This document shows positions 51,968 through 63,142 of a stretch of DNA of 64,000 bases, piece by piece. Origin of the DNA: an uncultured candidate division Zixibacteria bacterium (GTDB lineage Bacteria; Zixibacteria; MSB-5A5; GN15; FEB-12); the NCBI GenBank assembly GCA_963735035.1, contig CAVTJJ010000004.1:192001-256000 (forward strand). Direction: 5' to 3'. How positions within the stretch are numbered: position 1 is the stretch's first letter; the number at the start of each line of letters is the position of its first letter. Under the pieces are notes generated by a model, which ran no database searches, was not told the DNA's origin, and saw nothing but the letters and a program-made list of their open reading frames with translations. Both the position numbers and the translations under genes were made by a program.

Positions 51968-52909
51968 CTATTTCTTGTAAACGTCCGTACTCAGGTACTT
52001 CATTCCGGAATCAACCATCAGCGTAGCTATTCTGGCTTCAGGCCCCAGTCGTTCGGCCACTCGAATAGCCGCTACCACATTCGCTCCCGAGGATGTCCCC
52101 GCAAAGAGGCCTTCTTCCCGTGCCAGGCGACGGGCCATCGCTTTGGCGTCGTCGGTACTAACCGCAACAATTTCGTCCACCAGACCCGGCTCCCAGAGCG
52201 GGGGCGTATAGCCTATGCCTACACCTTCAATCTTATGCGGTCCCGGCTGGCCGCCTGAGAGTATTGCCGATTCGGCCGGCTCTACAACTATCATCTTGAG
52301 TTTGGGATTATAACGCTTCAACACAGTCGCCACACCCCGCGCCGAAGCCCCCGTGCCGACACAATGAACGAACGCATCGACTTTGCCGCTCGTCTGGTTC
52401 CAGATTTCCTCCGCCAAAGGATAGTACCCGGCAATACTGTCGACGTTGCTCAATTGGTTTGTCCAGTATGTATGCGGTCTCTTGCTGATCTCACGGGCGA
52501 CTTCGATCATATCCAGAATCAACTTTTTGGTGGTCAAGCCTCCCTCACTGGGTACCAGGGTCAGTTCCGCACCGAGCGCGGCCATATGTTTCAACTTCTC
52601 CTGGCTGAAGGCATCGGACGTTACTATATGAATTTGGTACCCCTTGGCCACACAGACGAGGGCGAGCGATATGCCCGTGCTGCCGCCGGTGTACTCAACG
52701 AGCGTATCCCCCGGTTTCAGTCGGCCGTCTTCCTCAGCCTTCGCAATCATGGCCTGGGCCGTGCGGTCCTTCATGCTTCCGGTCGGATTCTCCCACTCGA
52801 GCTTCACAAATATCTTCGCACATCCTGGCGGGACAACCTTGCGTAGTTGCACGATCGAGGTGTTTCCAATGGCCTGGAGAATATTGGTGCTGATATTCAT
52901 ACTATTCAC
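51968..52909 (-). CDS. cysK: PLP-dependent cysteine synthase family protein
   Basis: IGNT, KLEWENPTGSMKDR, VGTGAS, HKIEGVG, GTSSGAN. Confidence 0.85.
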   Translation of the reverse strand: MNSMNISTNILQAIGNTSIVQLRKVVPPGCAKIFVKLEWENPTGSMKDRTAQAMIAKAEEDGRLKPGDTLVEYTGGSTGISLALVCVAKGYQIHIVTSDAFSQEKLKHMAALGAELTLVPSEGGLTTKKLILDMIEVAREISKRPHTYWTNQLSNVDSIAGYYPLAEEIWNQTSGKVDAFVHCVGTGASARGVATVLKRYNPKLKMIVVEPAESAILSGGQPGPHKIEGVGIGYTPPLWEPGLVDEIVAVSTDDAKAMARRLAREEGLFAGTSSGANVVAAIRVAERLGPEARIATLMVDSGMKYLSTDVYKK

Positions 52910-53005
52910 TCCCTATGTACAGAAATCTCCGCTCAAGATAGTTGGTCTCTACTTTGATTGCCAATCAAAGTTGCAGCTTGTGTAGGAAGGAATCTGTGAA
53001 GCTGA

Positions 53006-53212
53006 TCAATCTGTCTCTACGACAAACGGTAGGATGCAGAGGAGAAGAGAGACACCTGCGAGCACGAGCAAGTTTGAAATGAAGTACGGCACAACACAAA
53101 GCCCGACTCCGGAGATCATCGGAAGGAATTTCTGCTGCTTCTTTCCGTAGATGAAATATCCCGTACCGACCGATCCGGTCAGAAGCGAAAGCAGTAGGGT
53201 AGTGCCGGTCAT
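53006..53212 (-). CDS. Small membrane protein
   Basis: 68 aa, GSVGTGYFIYGKKQ, hydrophobic helices, AGGA RBS. Confidence 0.7.
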   Translation of the reverse strand: MTGTTLLLSLLTGSVGTGYFIYGKKQQKFLPMISGVGLCVVPYFISNLLVLAGVSLLLCILPFVVETD

Positions 53213-53377
53213 GGTTATCCTGGTCCGATCCTATTCAGAATTCGGTGTCCTGAATAATTATCGGCAGGAATAGTCCCGTAGGTCAGGAGGCCTGCTCTCC
53301 AGACGAAATAAACTGTCGGGACCTCAAGGGTCCCGACCTATTGGAATTCTGGGTGATTTTGCTCTCGAAAGTCAGGC

Positions 53378-55300
53378 CTACATTGCGGGAGGAGCCGAAG
53401 GCGCAGGACTGTCGCTGAGACTCTGCGTGAGTATTTCCTGAACTCGCTGGGCCCGCTTGCGCTGCTCGGAATCGAGTATCGCCTTGCGCATTCGGATCGA
53501 CTTGGGCGTCACTTCCACCAATTCGTCGTCTCCGATCCACTCCATCGCCTGCTCTAAAGACATCTTGCGAGGCACATCGATCGATACCGCGATATCCTTG
53601 GTGGATGACCGGTGATTGGTCAGTTGCTTGCGCCGGGTCGGATTGCACGGCAGATCGTCGGGACGGGAATTCTCTCCCACGATCTGGCCGACATAGACCC
53701 GTTCGGTCGGCTCCACAAACAACACGGCCCGCTTCTGCAAACCTTCGATAGCGTACGCGGTCGCCGGGCCGGTATCCATACTGACCACCGAACCACGATT
53801 GCGCGCGGTAATCTCGCCGCGCCACGGACCATAGCCGACAAATCGGGCGGACATGATCCCCAGCCCGCGAGTATCGGTCAGGAATTCCGAGCGGTAGCCG
53901 ATCAGGCCGCGAGTCGGAATTTCGAATTCGATTCTGATCACTTTCGTGCCGGCGTTTTCCACCGTCCGAAGTTCCCCTTTGCGACGGGCCAGCTTCTCGA
54001 TGATGATGCCCTGGTATTCCTCGGGGACATCGATAAGCAACTGCTCGATCGGCTCAAGCGTATTGCCGGATTCATCCTGATGAGTAATGACTTCGGGACG
54101 AGAAACACAGAACTCCAGACCTTCGCGCCGCATCTCTTCGATAAGGATCGCCAGATGCAACTCGCCTCGGCCTGACACTTTGACGCCGTCGGCGCGTCCG
54201 AGGTCTTCCATGCGTAGCGCCACATTGGTGCGCAGTTCGCGTTGCAGACGCTCTTTCATCTGACGCAGCATGATCGCTGTGCCGTCGTTGCCGGAGAACG
54301 GACCGGTATTTACCAGGAAGAACATCGACACCGTCGGTTCTTCGATTTCGAGCGGCGGCAAGGCCGACGACGGATCTTCGAGCGCCGAGAAAGTATCGCC
54401 AATACCGATTTCGCTCGGACCGGCCAGCCAGACTATGTCTCCGGCGCTTATCTTGTCGGCTTCGACTCGCTGCAATCCACGCGTCACCCAGAGGTGCACG
54501 CCCTTTTCCTTGGACGTTCCGATCAGGTCCCAGCCGGCATCCTGATTGGCTGAATCTTTCCATCGCATTACGAACTTGGTGAACTCGTCGCCTATATTGA
54601 GCGTGCCACGAAGCACCCGGCCGCCGCCTATCTGTCCGATATAGTCGCTCCAGGCCAGCGTGCTGACCTGCATCAGAAACGGACCGTCCTGATCAACCTT
54701 GGGCGGAGGAACATTCGCTATGACCGTCTCAAACAGCGCATCCATTCCCTCGTGGGCTTCTGTTTCCAGGTTTCGAACAAACCATCCGGCCAGTCCTGAG
54801 CCATACAGTACGGGGAAATGCGCTTGTTCTTCGGTAGCGCCTAGATCGATAAACAAATCAAAAGTCTTATTCAGAGCATGATCCGGGCGGGCGTTCGGAC
54901 GATCGACTTTATTGATGATGACAATCGGTCGCAGCCCCAGCCTCAGGGCGCGCATCAGAACGTATCGCGTTTGCGGCATCGGTCCTTCGACCGCGTCGAC
55001 CAGAAGCAACACCGAGTCAACCATCGACAGCACCCGTTCGACTTCGCCGGAAAAATCGGCGTGTCCCGGCGTATCGATAATGTTGATGAGATATTCGTTC
55101 CAGGTGACCGTGCAGTGCTTGGCGCGGATCGTGATGCCACGCTCGCGCTCGAGGTCGTTGTTATCCATCAGGCGTTCTGCTACCTGCTGGTTATCGCGAA
55201 AAGTACGGGTAGCGCGAAATACCGAGTCGATCAGGGTCGTCTTGCCGTGGTCGATGTGGGCTATTATAGCCAGATTACGGATGCGGTCGACTGGTATCAT
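53378..55300 (-). CDS. typA: Translational GTPase TypA/BipA
   Basis: [52 protein letters not shown]. Confidence 0.97.
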   Translation of the reverse strand: MIPVDRIRNLAIIAHIDHGKTTLIDSVFRATRTFRDNQQVAERLMDNNDLERERGITIRAKHCTVTWNEYLINIIDTPGHADFSGEVERVLSMVDSVLLLVDAVEGPMPQTRYVLMRALRLGLRPIVIINKVDRPNARPDHALNKTFDLFIDLGATEEQAHFPVLYGSGLAGWFVRNLETEAHEGMDALFETVIANVPPPKVDQDGPFLMQVSTLAWSDYIGQIGGGRVLRGTLNIGDEFTKFVMRWKDSANQDAGWDLIGTSKEKGVHLWVTRGLQRVEADKISAGDIVWLAGPSEIGIGDTFSALEDPSSALPPLEIEEPTVSMFFLVNTGPFSGNDGTAIMLRQMKERLQRELRTNVALRMEDLGRADGVKVSGRGELHLAILIEEMRREGLEFCVSRPEVITHQDESGNTLEPIEQLLIDVPEEYQGIIIEKLARRKGELRTVENAGTKVIRIEFEIPTRGLIGYRSEFLTDTRGLGIMSARFVGYGPWRGEITARNRGSVVSMDTGPATAYAIEGLQKRAVLFVEPTERVYVGQIVGENSRPDDLPCNPTRRKQLTNHRSSTKDIAVSIDVPRKMSLEQAMEWIGDDELVEVTPKSIRMRKAILDSEQRKRAQRVQEILTQSLSDSPAPSAPPAM

Positions 55301-55551
55301 GATAGAACAAAACCTCTTATGGGCGGATACGTTCCCGCCTGGTTAATATCGCTACACTTAAACGTTGATCAAACCGGTAAGGGGAAGATCATCAAAAGAA
55401 AACCCGGTCCGACAATCGCCGCCCGGGTCAGTGCAGACAGCCCTTAATATAGTATCGGCAGGCGGAATCTCCAAGCGCAAAAGCCGGAGCAGATAGGTCC
55501 GAGAAGATCGACTCCCATAACCTGTTGCCCTTCAATAGCTTCATTGTTCTG

Positions 55552-55860
55552 TCTTGCCCCGCTTCAGGCGGGGCACCCAAGGGTAGTAGGTCAGGAGCCC
55601 TTAGGCTCCTGACAATTTGATTTACAAGGCGTCAGGTCACACGTCCCGCTGAGGCAGGACGCAAGACCCCCGATCAAGTCGGGGGCAGGCTCTGACGCAA
55701 CTGTGATCGAGTGGCTTTTTCGGAAGTCCGTACGAGTAGGTTGGCCTTACCGTGCTGTCAGGCGTCCCTGCCTGACAGCGGCAGACTTGTAGGTCGGGTT
55801 CACGAGTTGTTCGCGTAGCGAACGACGAGCAACCCGACAACTTCTCTGGGTGGCCCACCT
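55552..55860. repeat. Large composite REP cluster
   Basis: At least six palindromes from families seen elsewhere; GTAGGTCAGGAGCCCTTAGGCTCCTGACA is repeated exactly at ~56592. Confidence 0.8.
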
Positions 55861-55970
55861 GCCTGCAACTGGCGTTCCGGACACACCATGCGCCCAACGC
55901 TACAAGACTTGACCGCTTCTTTCGTTACGGACATCTATTCAGTTTGGTGTATAAGATTCAAGAAGGAGGC

Positions 55971-56580
55971 ATGAAAATGATCACGAAGAAGCTAGTCACT
56001 TATCGTCGTTGCCTGCGGCATGATTATTTCGGTTGGTGCGGGCAACGCCCTGGCTCAGATCAGCGGATATGTCGGAGCAGGTATGGGCGCCGCTCTGTCC
56101 AGCCTCGACAAGGCCCACGCAATTCTCGAAGCCCCGGACCTCTCCCCGAGCGAGACTTCATGGCGAATTTTCGGCGGCTTACAGTTGTGTCCCCATCTGG
56201 GGGTTGAAGCGGGCTATGTCGGTTTAGGCACGGCCAAGCTGACCATAGAGTCTCCGCACAGCTACTTTGAAGACAAAGCGACCGGCTACGATCTTACCGC
56301 GCTGGGGTATCTTCCGCTCGTGGGAAATCTGACAGCCTTCGCGCGCGGCGGAATTATGGTTTGGTCGACCGATATGACCTGGAGTTTGCCGGACGCGGAC
56401 AGCACCGGCAGTAAATCGGGCACCAACCTGACTCTGGGATTCGGCGGCCAGTACATTTTCGGACGGAGCCTGGGAGTGCGGGCCGAGTACATACGCTATG
56501 CGATTAACAAGTCCAAGGCGGGGATAGGCGATTTCAATGTCATCGCGGCGAATGTGTTCTTCGCGTTCGGGCGGAAGTAG
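55971..56580 (+). CDS. OmpA-like 8-stranded outer-membrane beta-barrel; indel in signal peptide
   Basis: AAGGAGG RBS before ATG 55971; GYVGAGMG, LGVEAGYVGLG, LGVRAEY, NVFFAF. Confidence 0.8.
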
Positions 56581-56628
56581 GTAGTTAGTAGGTAGGTCAG
56601 GAGCCCTTAGGCTCCTGACATCGTTCCA

Positions 56629-59044
56629 TCACTCGTACCGAATCGACTTCACCGGGTTGGCAATCGCCGCCCGAATGACTTTGTAGCTGACCGTCAACAT
56701 CGCCACCACCAGTGTTCCTATCACTGCCAGCAGGAATGGCACAACACCCACTTGCGTGCGATTCGCAAACCCCTCCAGCCAGCGACTCATGAAATACCAG
56801 GCTATCGGTCCGGCTACCAGATTGGCCAGGAGTATCAGCAACACATACTCACGCGTCAGCAATCTGACGATGCTCGCCACCGACGCACCCAGAACTTTGC
56901 GAATTCCTATCTCCTTCGTGAGTCGCGTGACCGAATACGACGCCAGCCCATAGACTCCCAGCACGATTATGATCACGGCCAGAAGCGTGAACAGGCCGTA
57001 GACTTTGCCGAAGAGCATATCAGCGGCATACTGTTGATTGAAGTAATCATCGAGGAAGAAGAATTCGAACGAGTTGCCGGGGAAGACCTCGTTATAAAGC
57101 TGTCGTACTTTCTCGACCGCCCCCCGAGTGTCAGCACCGGCAATCTTGATGGCGATCGCGCCCATCGTGCCGCGTCCGTAGGGAGTGAAGCGATAGATGT
57201 GCGGCTCAAAAGCCATCTTCGGCGACTGCTGATGGTAGTCTTTGACGACGCCTATAATCGTGAACGTCTCATCCCAATAGGCGACCTTCTGGCCGATCGC
57301 ACTGTCCGCGTCTTTGAATCCCATCTGGCGGACGGCGGTCTCATTCAGCAGAAGACCTTGCTGATCGGCCGGGAATTCGCGGGAGAAGTTACGTCCGGCC
57401 ACGAATGTCAGCTCGAACAGGTTGGCGAAGTCATAGTCAACACCGACGATCTGATAGTTCTTGCCCTGGGTTTGATCCTCCTCAGCCCGGCGGATATCTC
57501 CAGCGTCCCAGTAGATCTGCTTCCCCGGCACCTCGGTCACGTGACAGACTTTGCTTATTCCGCCTTGTTGCAACAGCCGCTCTTTGAATGAATCGACGCT
57601 GTTGCCGTAGGTGGCCGCGTCGCGCACCCTGGGGCGCCCGCACTACCAGCGTCTGATCGATCGCAAAGCCGAGGTCCTGGTTGCGCATGAACGAGATTTG
57701 ATTGAAAACCGTGATGGTCGCCACAATGAGGCCCGCCGCTACGGCGAATTGCAGGACCACCAGCACTCTCCGCAGACTAATTCCGCGCGCTGAGCGGGCG
57801 AGGAATCCTTTCATCACCGTAACCGGTTGGAACGACGACAGCACGATCACCGGATAAAGCCCCGAGAGGAAAATTCCCACCAGCAGCATCAGCCCCATGG
57901 CCGGCCAGAACCAGGCCTGCCACCAGGGAGCGTAACCGGAGGGGAGTCCGACCAGTTGATTGAAGAAGGGAAGCGACCCGGCTATAAGTCCGAGTGCCAT
58001 TAACCCCGCCACCAGGTTGGTGACCGCCAATTCAACGAAGAACTGTCCCGCCAGATGAATCCGCGACGCGCCTACGACCTTTCGCAGTCCCACCTCTTTT
58101 GCCCGGTTAGATGCACCGGCGGTGGACATGTTCACAAAGTTGACCCAGGCCATGATCATGATGAACATCGCGATAATCTTGAGATACTCGACCGACTGCC
58201 GGTTGCCGTTTGCCTGATATTCCTGCATGAAATGGGAGTCGAGGTGGATGTCGGTCAATGGCTGCATTTTGAGGTCGATCGTCATCTGGTAGTCTTTGAG
58301 CCAGGGACACTCGGCCGTTACCAGTTCCGAAAGCCTGCCCTCGAAGTCCTGAGCGCTGGCCCCGGGAGCGAGGCGAAGATAGGTATAGGCTCCGGTCTCT
58401 CCCCAGGATTCGGTGTAGTCGGTCCCGGCTTTGGCCGCCAGAGTCGCCCAGGGCAATAGGATGTCAAATTTCAGGTGGGAGTTTTCCGGGACATCCTTGA
58501 ACACGCCGACTATCTTGTAGTCGGTCTTGCGATCAATGCTGATTATTTCGCCGAGAGGATCCTTCTCCCCGAAATACTTGCGGGCCGTCGACTCGGATAT
58601 GCAGGCGTTGTTCTGCGCCTGCAGGCCGGCGAGCGGATCACCGCTGACGAATTCAAATTTCAGGACGTCGAGGAAATCCGGCTCGGCATAGTACACTCTC
58701 TCCTCCAGGAACTGCGTATTGCCGTACGAGACACATCCCTGGGTCTTGAAGATTCGGCCGATCTTTTCGACCTCGGAATACTTCTCCCGGACGCGGGCTG
58801 CAGCTGGGGGAGTGCAGGAGGCGAATTTCACGGTAAGACCGGACCCGTCAGTCCGCTCATAGCGAAGGCGGTAGATTCTATCACTGTCCTTGTGGAAACG
58901 ATCGTAGCCGGTTTCGTAGGTTACATAATGCCAGATCAAAAGGCTGGCTGCAATTCCCACCGCCAGTCCGACGATGCTGACTGCCGACGCAGCCCGGTTT
59001 CGGTTCAAATTACGGAAGGCCAGGATCAGGTAGTTCTTAAGCAT
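56629..59044 (-). CDS. ABC transporter permease (MacB/FtsX-like, duplicated), frameshift near 57630
   Basis: MLKNYL..AFRNL, RAKEVGLRKVVGAS, TKEIGIRKVLGAS, ANPVKSIRYE. Confidence 0.92.
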
Positions 59045-59239
59045 GAGGGTCTCCGATAGGTCTCTCGTTGCACGATCATCTTTGCCGATCCGCTCGGGGA
59101 TGGCTCAATCGTCTCTGTCAAGGTGTCGCTTCCAAAGAGTACGAAGAAAGGCCCGATTTCGTCCAAAATATTCTGTTTTCAGGGGAGATATTCGATGCCC
59201 GATGAGAGGCGAAAGCATGACCTGAATCGAACCAACCAC

Positions 59240-59274
59240 AAAAAACCCCGGGGCGCTCCATGCACCCCAGGGTT
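59240..59274 (-). terminator. Intrinsic terminator
   Basis: Minus strand AACCCTGGGGTGC-ATGGA-GCGCCCCGGGG followed by TTTTTT. Confidence 0.75.
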
Positions 59275-59296
59275 GCCAGACATCTTTTCGCGAAAT

Positions 59297-60046
59297 CTAC
59301 TTCATGTTGCGCTGCGTAGTCGATGCATTCGGCACCACTCTGATACCGCTCGGTTGTCTCGGAGAACCAGTCGCCGGCGCCTCGGTGATCTGCCAGTTGT
59401 TCGCCACGCTCGGATCGCCACCTGAGAATGTCATCCGATAGCCGAACTCAAGCGGATAGTAACCCGACCAGTCCGGAGTCCAATAATCGATGTACCCGTA
59501 CAAATCATATACATTGTCAGACTGACGAACCACATTGCTCTGCGCCTGGGTCACGTAGAACACCCAACCGTCGGTATAGCCGAACTGCTGGTTGATGAAG
59601 TCGATCACCAGCGCGTTCACGTAGGTCTCCATCGACGAGAACGCGAGCTGTTCGTTCGGGTTGCACTGAAGCGTGACGACCGTGTCCACCAGTTGCACCG
59701 TGTCGTAGTGATGCTGGACTGTGGTGACCGTGTCATGGACAGTAACCGTATGATTGACCACGACCGTATCGTAAACCGTATGGTTTACCACGACCGTATC
59801 GTGAACCGTATGGTTCTGAATCACCGTGTCGCGCACGATGATCGTGTCGGTGTCATGTAACGTCACCGAATCCTTCACGCGCACGGTGTCGAAGTGGATG
59901 ATCGTGTCGGGCGGAAGCGTGACATATTCGATGTCGTGCACGTACTGAGTGTCTTCGACAATCTTCTCTTTGTTGCAGCCGGCCGTCATAATCACTATGG
60001 CCAGGGTCAGAAGCAAAGCGGTAGCGAGCAGGGTTCTTTTGATCAA
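59297..60046 (-). CDS. Lipoprotein with Asp-Thr-Val/His repeat stalk
   Basis: Lipobox TAGC; VHDTVVVNHT-type repeats; GGAGA RBS before TTG. Confidence 0.8.
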   Translation of the reverse strand: MIKRTLLATALLLTLAIVIMTAGCNKEKIVEDTQYVHDIEYVTLPPDTIIHFDTVRVKDSVTLHDTDTIIVRDTVIQNHTVHDTVVVNHTVYDTVVVNHTVTVHDTVTTVQHHYDTVQLVDTVVTLQCNPNEQLAFSSMETYVNALVIDFINQQFGYTDGWVFYVTQAQSNVVRQSDNVYDLYGYIDYWTPDWSGYYPLEFGYRMTFSGGDPSVANNWQITEAPATGSPRQPSGIRVVPNASTTQRNMK

Positions 60047-60274
60047 TTTCTCTCCAATCGTTCAGGAGCCTATTTGCCTGGGTGCTTATCTGCAAAAGGC
60101 GCGCCCAGAGCGGACAAACTCGCAGGACAATGCTAAGCTGTTAATTCTTAATTGGTTAGTAGGGCGGCGTGGTGGCGGGCGGCGTGAAAGGGCACACCCC
60201 AAATCGATAAAACTATGCAACTTAAGGATTACTACGGGTCGGGCCGGGACTGTAGGTCTTCGACGGGACAGCCC

Positions 60275-60404
60275 AAAAGAGAACAACCCCCAGCTTCAGC
60301 CGGAGGTTGTTATCTATGAAGATTTAGATGTTGGAAGCGCCTGTTGATTTGGCCACTAAAGTGGCGGGTTCGTTTCTTTACCGCCCTCAAGCAGCGCTTC
60401 CTCT
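60275..60404 (-). ncRNA. Candidate small structured RNA
   Basis: Upstream TTGACA-N16-GATATT, GGAAGCGC/GCGCTTCC closing stem, terminator hairpin with U-rich tail. Confidence 0.45.
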
Positions 60405-60486
60405 GACATAAATATCGTCAATCTTGTCTATTTGTCAACACATTTCGCGATAGCCCCCGAAAAGAATGTGCAGGCGCCGGACAATT

Positions 60487-61907
60487 TCAAGCGGCCGACT
60501 GTGTGCCGAGCGCGAGCTGACGCCGCCAGGCCGCCACTAATCCGAACAGGAGCGCCATGATATAACCCCCCTCGCCCCAGGTCCAGGCGCGCATGTAGAA
60601 GATAGTTATCGTGAAGACAAACATCGCTATGAAAAGCGCCGCCGAAATCTGCGTGTCCGCTTTCGCAAGCCGCAGCTTGAAGGTTCGAAAACCGGCGCGC
60701 AGCCCCAGGAAAGTTAAAGCCAGCAGCGACACCGCTCCGATCAGCCCGGTCTCAGCCAGGTAGTGCAGTAGGACATTGTGTGCCGACATACCCTTCACCT
60801 GGGCGTAGAGCGGGATAGTGTGTAATTCAGGATACATCTGGTGTACAATTCGGAAATTACCGATACCGATTCCCGTTAAGGGGTGATCGAGAAAAGTCCT
60901 GATCGCGGTTTTCCAAAGCACGAATCGAAGCGCGATAGTCCCCGACGGGTCATTGGCCGACTCGAGGAACTCTTCGTAACGCAGCCAGGTTTTCGCCAGA
61001 AGATTGGTGCTTAGCGAAACCGCCACGATCGTGATGAGGGCGATGGCGACTACGACTATGATAGCGGTGCGTCCCACCTGACGACTGCTCTCCCGATTCG
61101 CTTTCCGTCTCGCGAACCATAGCAACGCCGGTATCGCTATGACTACAGTCAGGAGCGGACCGCGTGACTGCGTGGCTATAATACCGGCGGCGATACAGGC
61201 GGCACCCAGACCGTGAAAAATACGAGTTCTTGCGTCGGGGGCCCAAAGCACGAACGCGAGCGCCATGGGCAGCGCCGTCATGGACATCGGTTCGTATCCC
61301 AGAGCGGCCGGCCCAAATGCCCGCACGGTACCTCCCGAACTGATCAGAACCGCGACATTGCAGAGCGAAAGAACAATCACGACTCCGATGTAGAGCAGCA
61401 GAATCTTCCGCACGCCCAGCTCGAACGCGAACTTGAAGAAGATCCTGAAGGCGAGATAGATCGTTCCGATACGTATCAGCGGCACGACTGAATACGACGG
61501 CTGGTAGGCGAAGACAGCTGAGATCAATGTGGCAGCGATAAGAACCAGAAACGCGACATCGAATCCGGTAGGACGGATTTCGCCGTCCGATTTCAACAGG
61601 AACTCCAAGGCCATGGCGGCGAAAGTCACGGCCAGCAGGATGTCGAACGGATGCACGGCGAACGTGGTAGTCAGCCGCTGTGGAAGCCAGACCGCCATAG
61701 AAAAGAAGAACAGATAAAACGACACTCGCGGAGCCAGCGTCAGAGCCACCAGCACTATTCCTACGATCATGACGAGCGCAATCAGCCCCCGGCCCATGAA
61801 CATCATCAGGAGCGCAGCTCCAGCGCCGCCAGAAACGGCGAGAGAGCGAGCAGCCCTGCCACAGTGGGCGAAGTGTTCAGGCGATTAATCGAGGTTGAAA
61901 CGGTCAT
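60487..61907 (-). CDS. O-antigen ligase/Wzy_C family membrane protein; probable indel in N-terminus
   Basis: TQSRGP, RFVLWKTAI..FLDHPLTGIGIGNF, AHNVLLHYLAETGLIG; upstream ATG 61907 is out of frame with ORF 60487-61806. Confidence 0.85.
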
Positions 61908-62067
61908 CGTAATACGAATTAATTTATTGATCTGACCGGAATATATCTCAGTGCGCGGAGGGTGTCACGGGGAAAGTTGGCGGTAGCCCAGACCGTAACT
62001 ATTTATTGATCACTCGAATGTTGCCGGTGCCCTCCCCCTGGTAGAAGCTGTTGAAAAGGGCCTTTCA

Positions 62068-62200
62068 CTGTCATCGCGAGTCTCGACCGCGCTTCGCGGG
62101 CGAGACGTGGCGATCTCAAATGATGCTGGTGCGACATTCTTGAGATTGCCACGCTACGATGTCCCGCCGGACGGCGGGCATCTTCGCTCGCAATGACGTA
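62068..62200. repeat. Inverted REP doublet (TGTCATCGCGAG type)
   Basis: TGTCATCGCGAG...GTGGCGATCTC and GAGATTGCCAC...CTCGCAATGAC. Confidence 0.8.
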
Positions 62201-62249
62201 CAGTAGAACTCTTTCAAGACTCGCCTTGCGGTGGATCGGCCGTTCCGGA

Positions 62250-63005
62250 CTACTTCATCACCGCCCGGAAAGCTTCAGCCATCTTAGCGTAACCGGCGTC
62301 GTTCGGGTGGATGGCGTCGCGAGCCATGTTGTCGGGAAGAAACCCCTCACTGTCTGCAAGCGAGGCATAATAGTCCACGACTTTAAGCCCCTTCTGGCGG
62401 GCGAAATCTTTCGCGCGGGCGTTGAACAGCCGCGTCTCCTCGCTTATGCTGTAGCCGTCAAATTCTTCAGCGCGGCGTGTCACCGGCAGAATTGTCGCCA
62501 CGATCGGTTCGATCCCCCGCGCCTGAGCCGCTAGGGCCATTGTTTCGAACTCATCCCAGATCGCCCGACTGTTGGCGTCAGGTTTGAAATTCCCGGCGCA
62601 AATCTTGATCACGACCTTCCCCGGTCGAAGTTCGAGTACGTCCGACGCAAGTCGTGCCAGTAGCTGGGTGCTCGATTGCGAGCCAACTCCCCGGTTGAGG
62701 GTCTTGAACTCAGGCAGAAGAGAGTCGGTGTTGAACCCTTTGGTTATGGAAGCGCCGTAGAAGATGCACATCTGTTTGCGATCTTCGGGAGTAGTGGTCT
62801 CGATCAGGCGTCGGTTCTGGTTGCGAAAGACCGCCAGGCCGGGATAGTCGGCCGACAATTCGCGATTCTTACGGGTCAGGTCATCGAGATATTTCTGCAG
62901 CATCCGATTTTCGTCGCGAAGCTGATACGCCTTGTAAAGCAGGAAGCCGCCGACAAAATTGCCGGCCAGCAGAATCAAGAGTATGATGGTCCAGATCGGT
63001 TTCAC
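62250..63005 (-). CDS. SGNH/GDSL hydrolase, membrane anchored
   Basis: FYGASIT, NRGVGS, DAIHPNDAGY. Confidence 0.88.
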   Translation of the reverse strand: MKPIWTIILLILLAGNFVGGFLLYKAYQLRDENRMLQKYLDDLTRKNRELSADYPGLAVFRNQNRRLIETTTPEDRKQMCIFYGASITKGFNTDSLLPEFKTLNRGVGSQSSTQLLARLASDVLELRPGKVVIKICAGNFKPDANSRAIWDEFETMALAAQARGIEPIVATILPVTRRAEEFDGYSISEETRLFNARAKDFARQKGLKVVDYYASLADSEGFLPDNMARDAIHPNDAGYAKMAEAFRAVMK

Positions 63006-63142
63006 ATGTTCTCCGGTTCAATCAGTTAGTGTCAGTCATCGGATAGTCTTCTCCCGGTACAAAGTCAACCGTTTTTGAAAGGCCTATCGCCAGATCGTCA
63101 CGAGAAGAACAATGGGGGATGCAGGCCGGATACAGGATCGGC

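Noticed and set aside
59724..59850. 30-bp periodic repeats as a CRISPR array
   Set aside because: They are contiguous in-frame coding repeats without unique spacers, and there are no cas genes in the window.
60357..60410. Short minus-strand peptide MSEEALLEGGKETNPPL within the sRNA candidate
   Set aside because: Its ATG abuts the -10 box, so it likely lies upstream of the transcription start, and it has no RBS.
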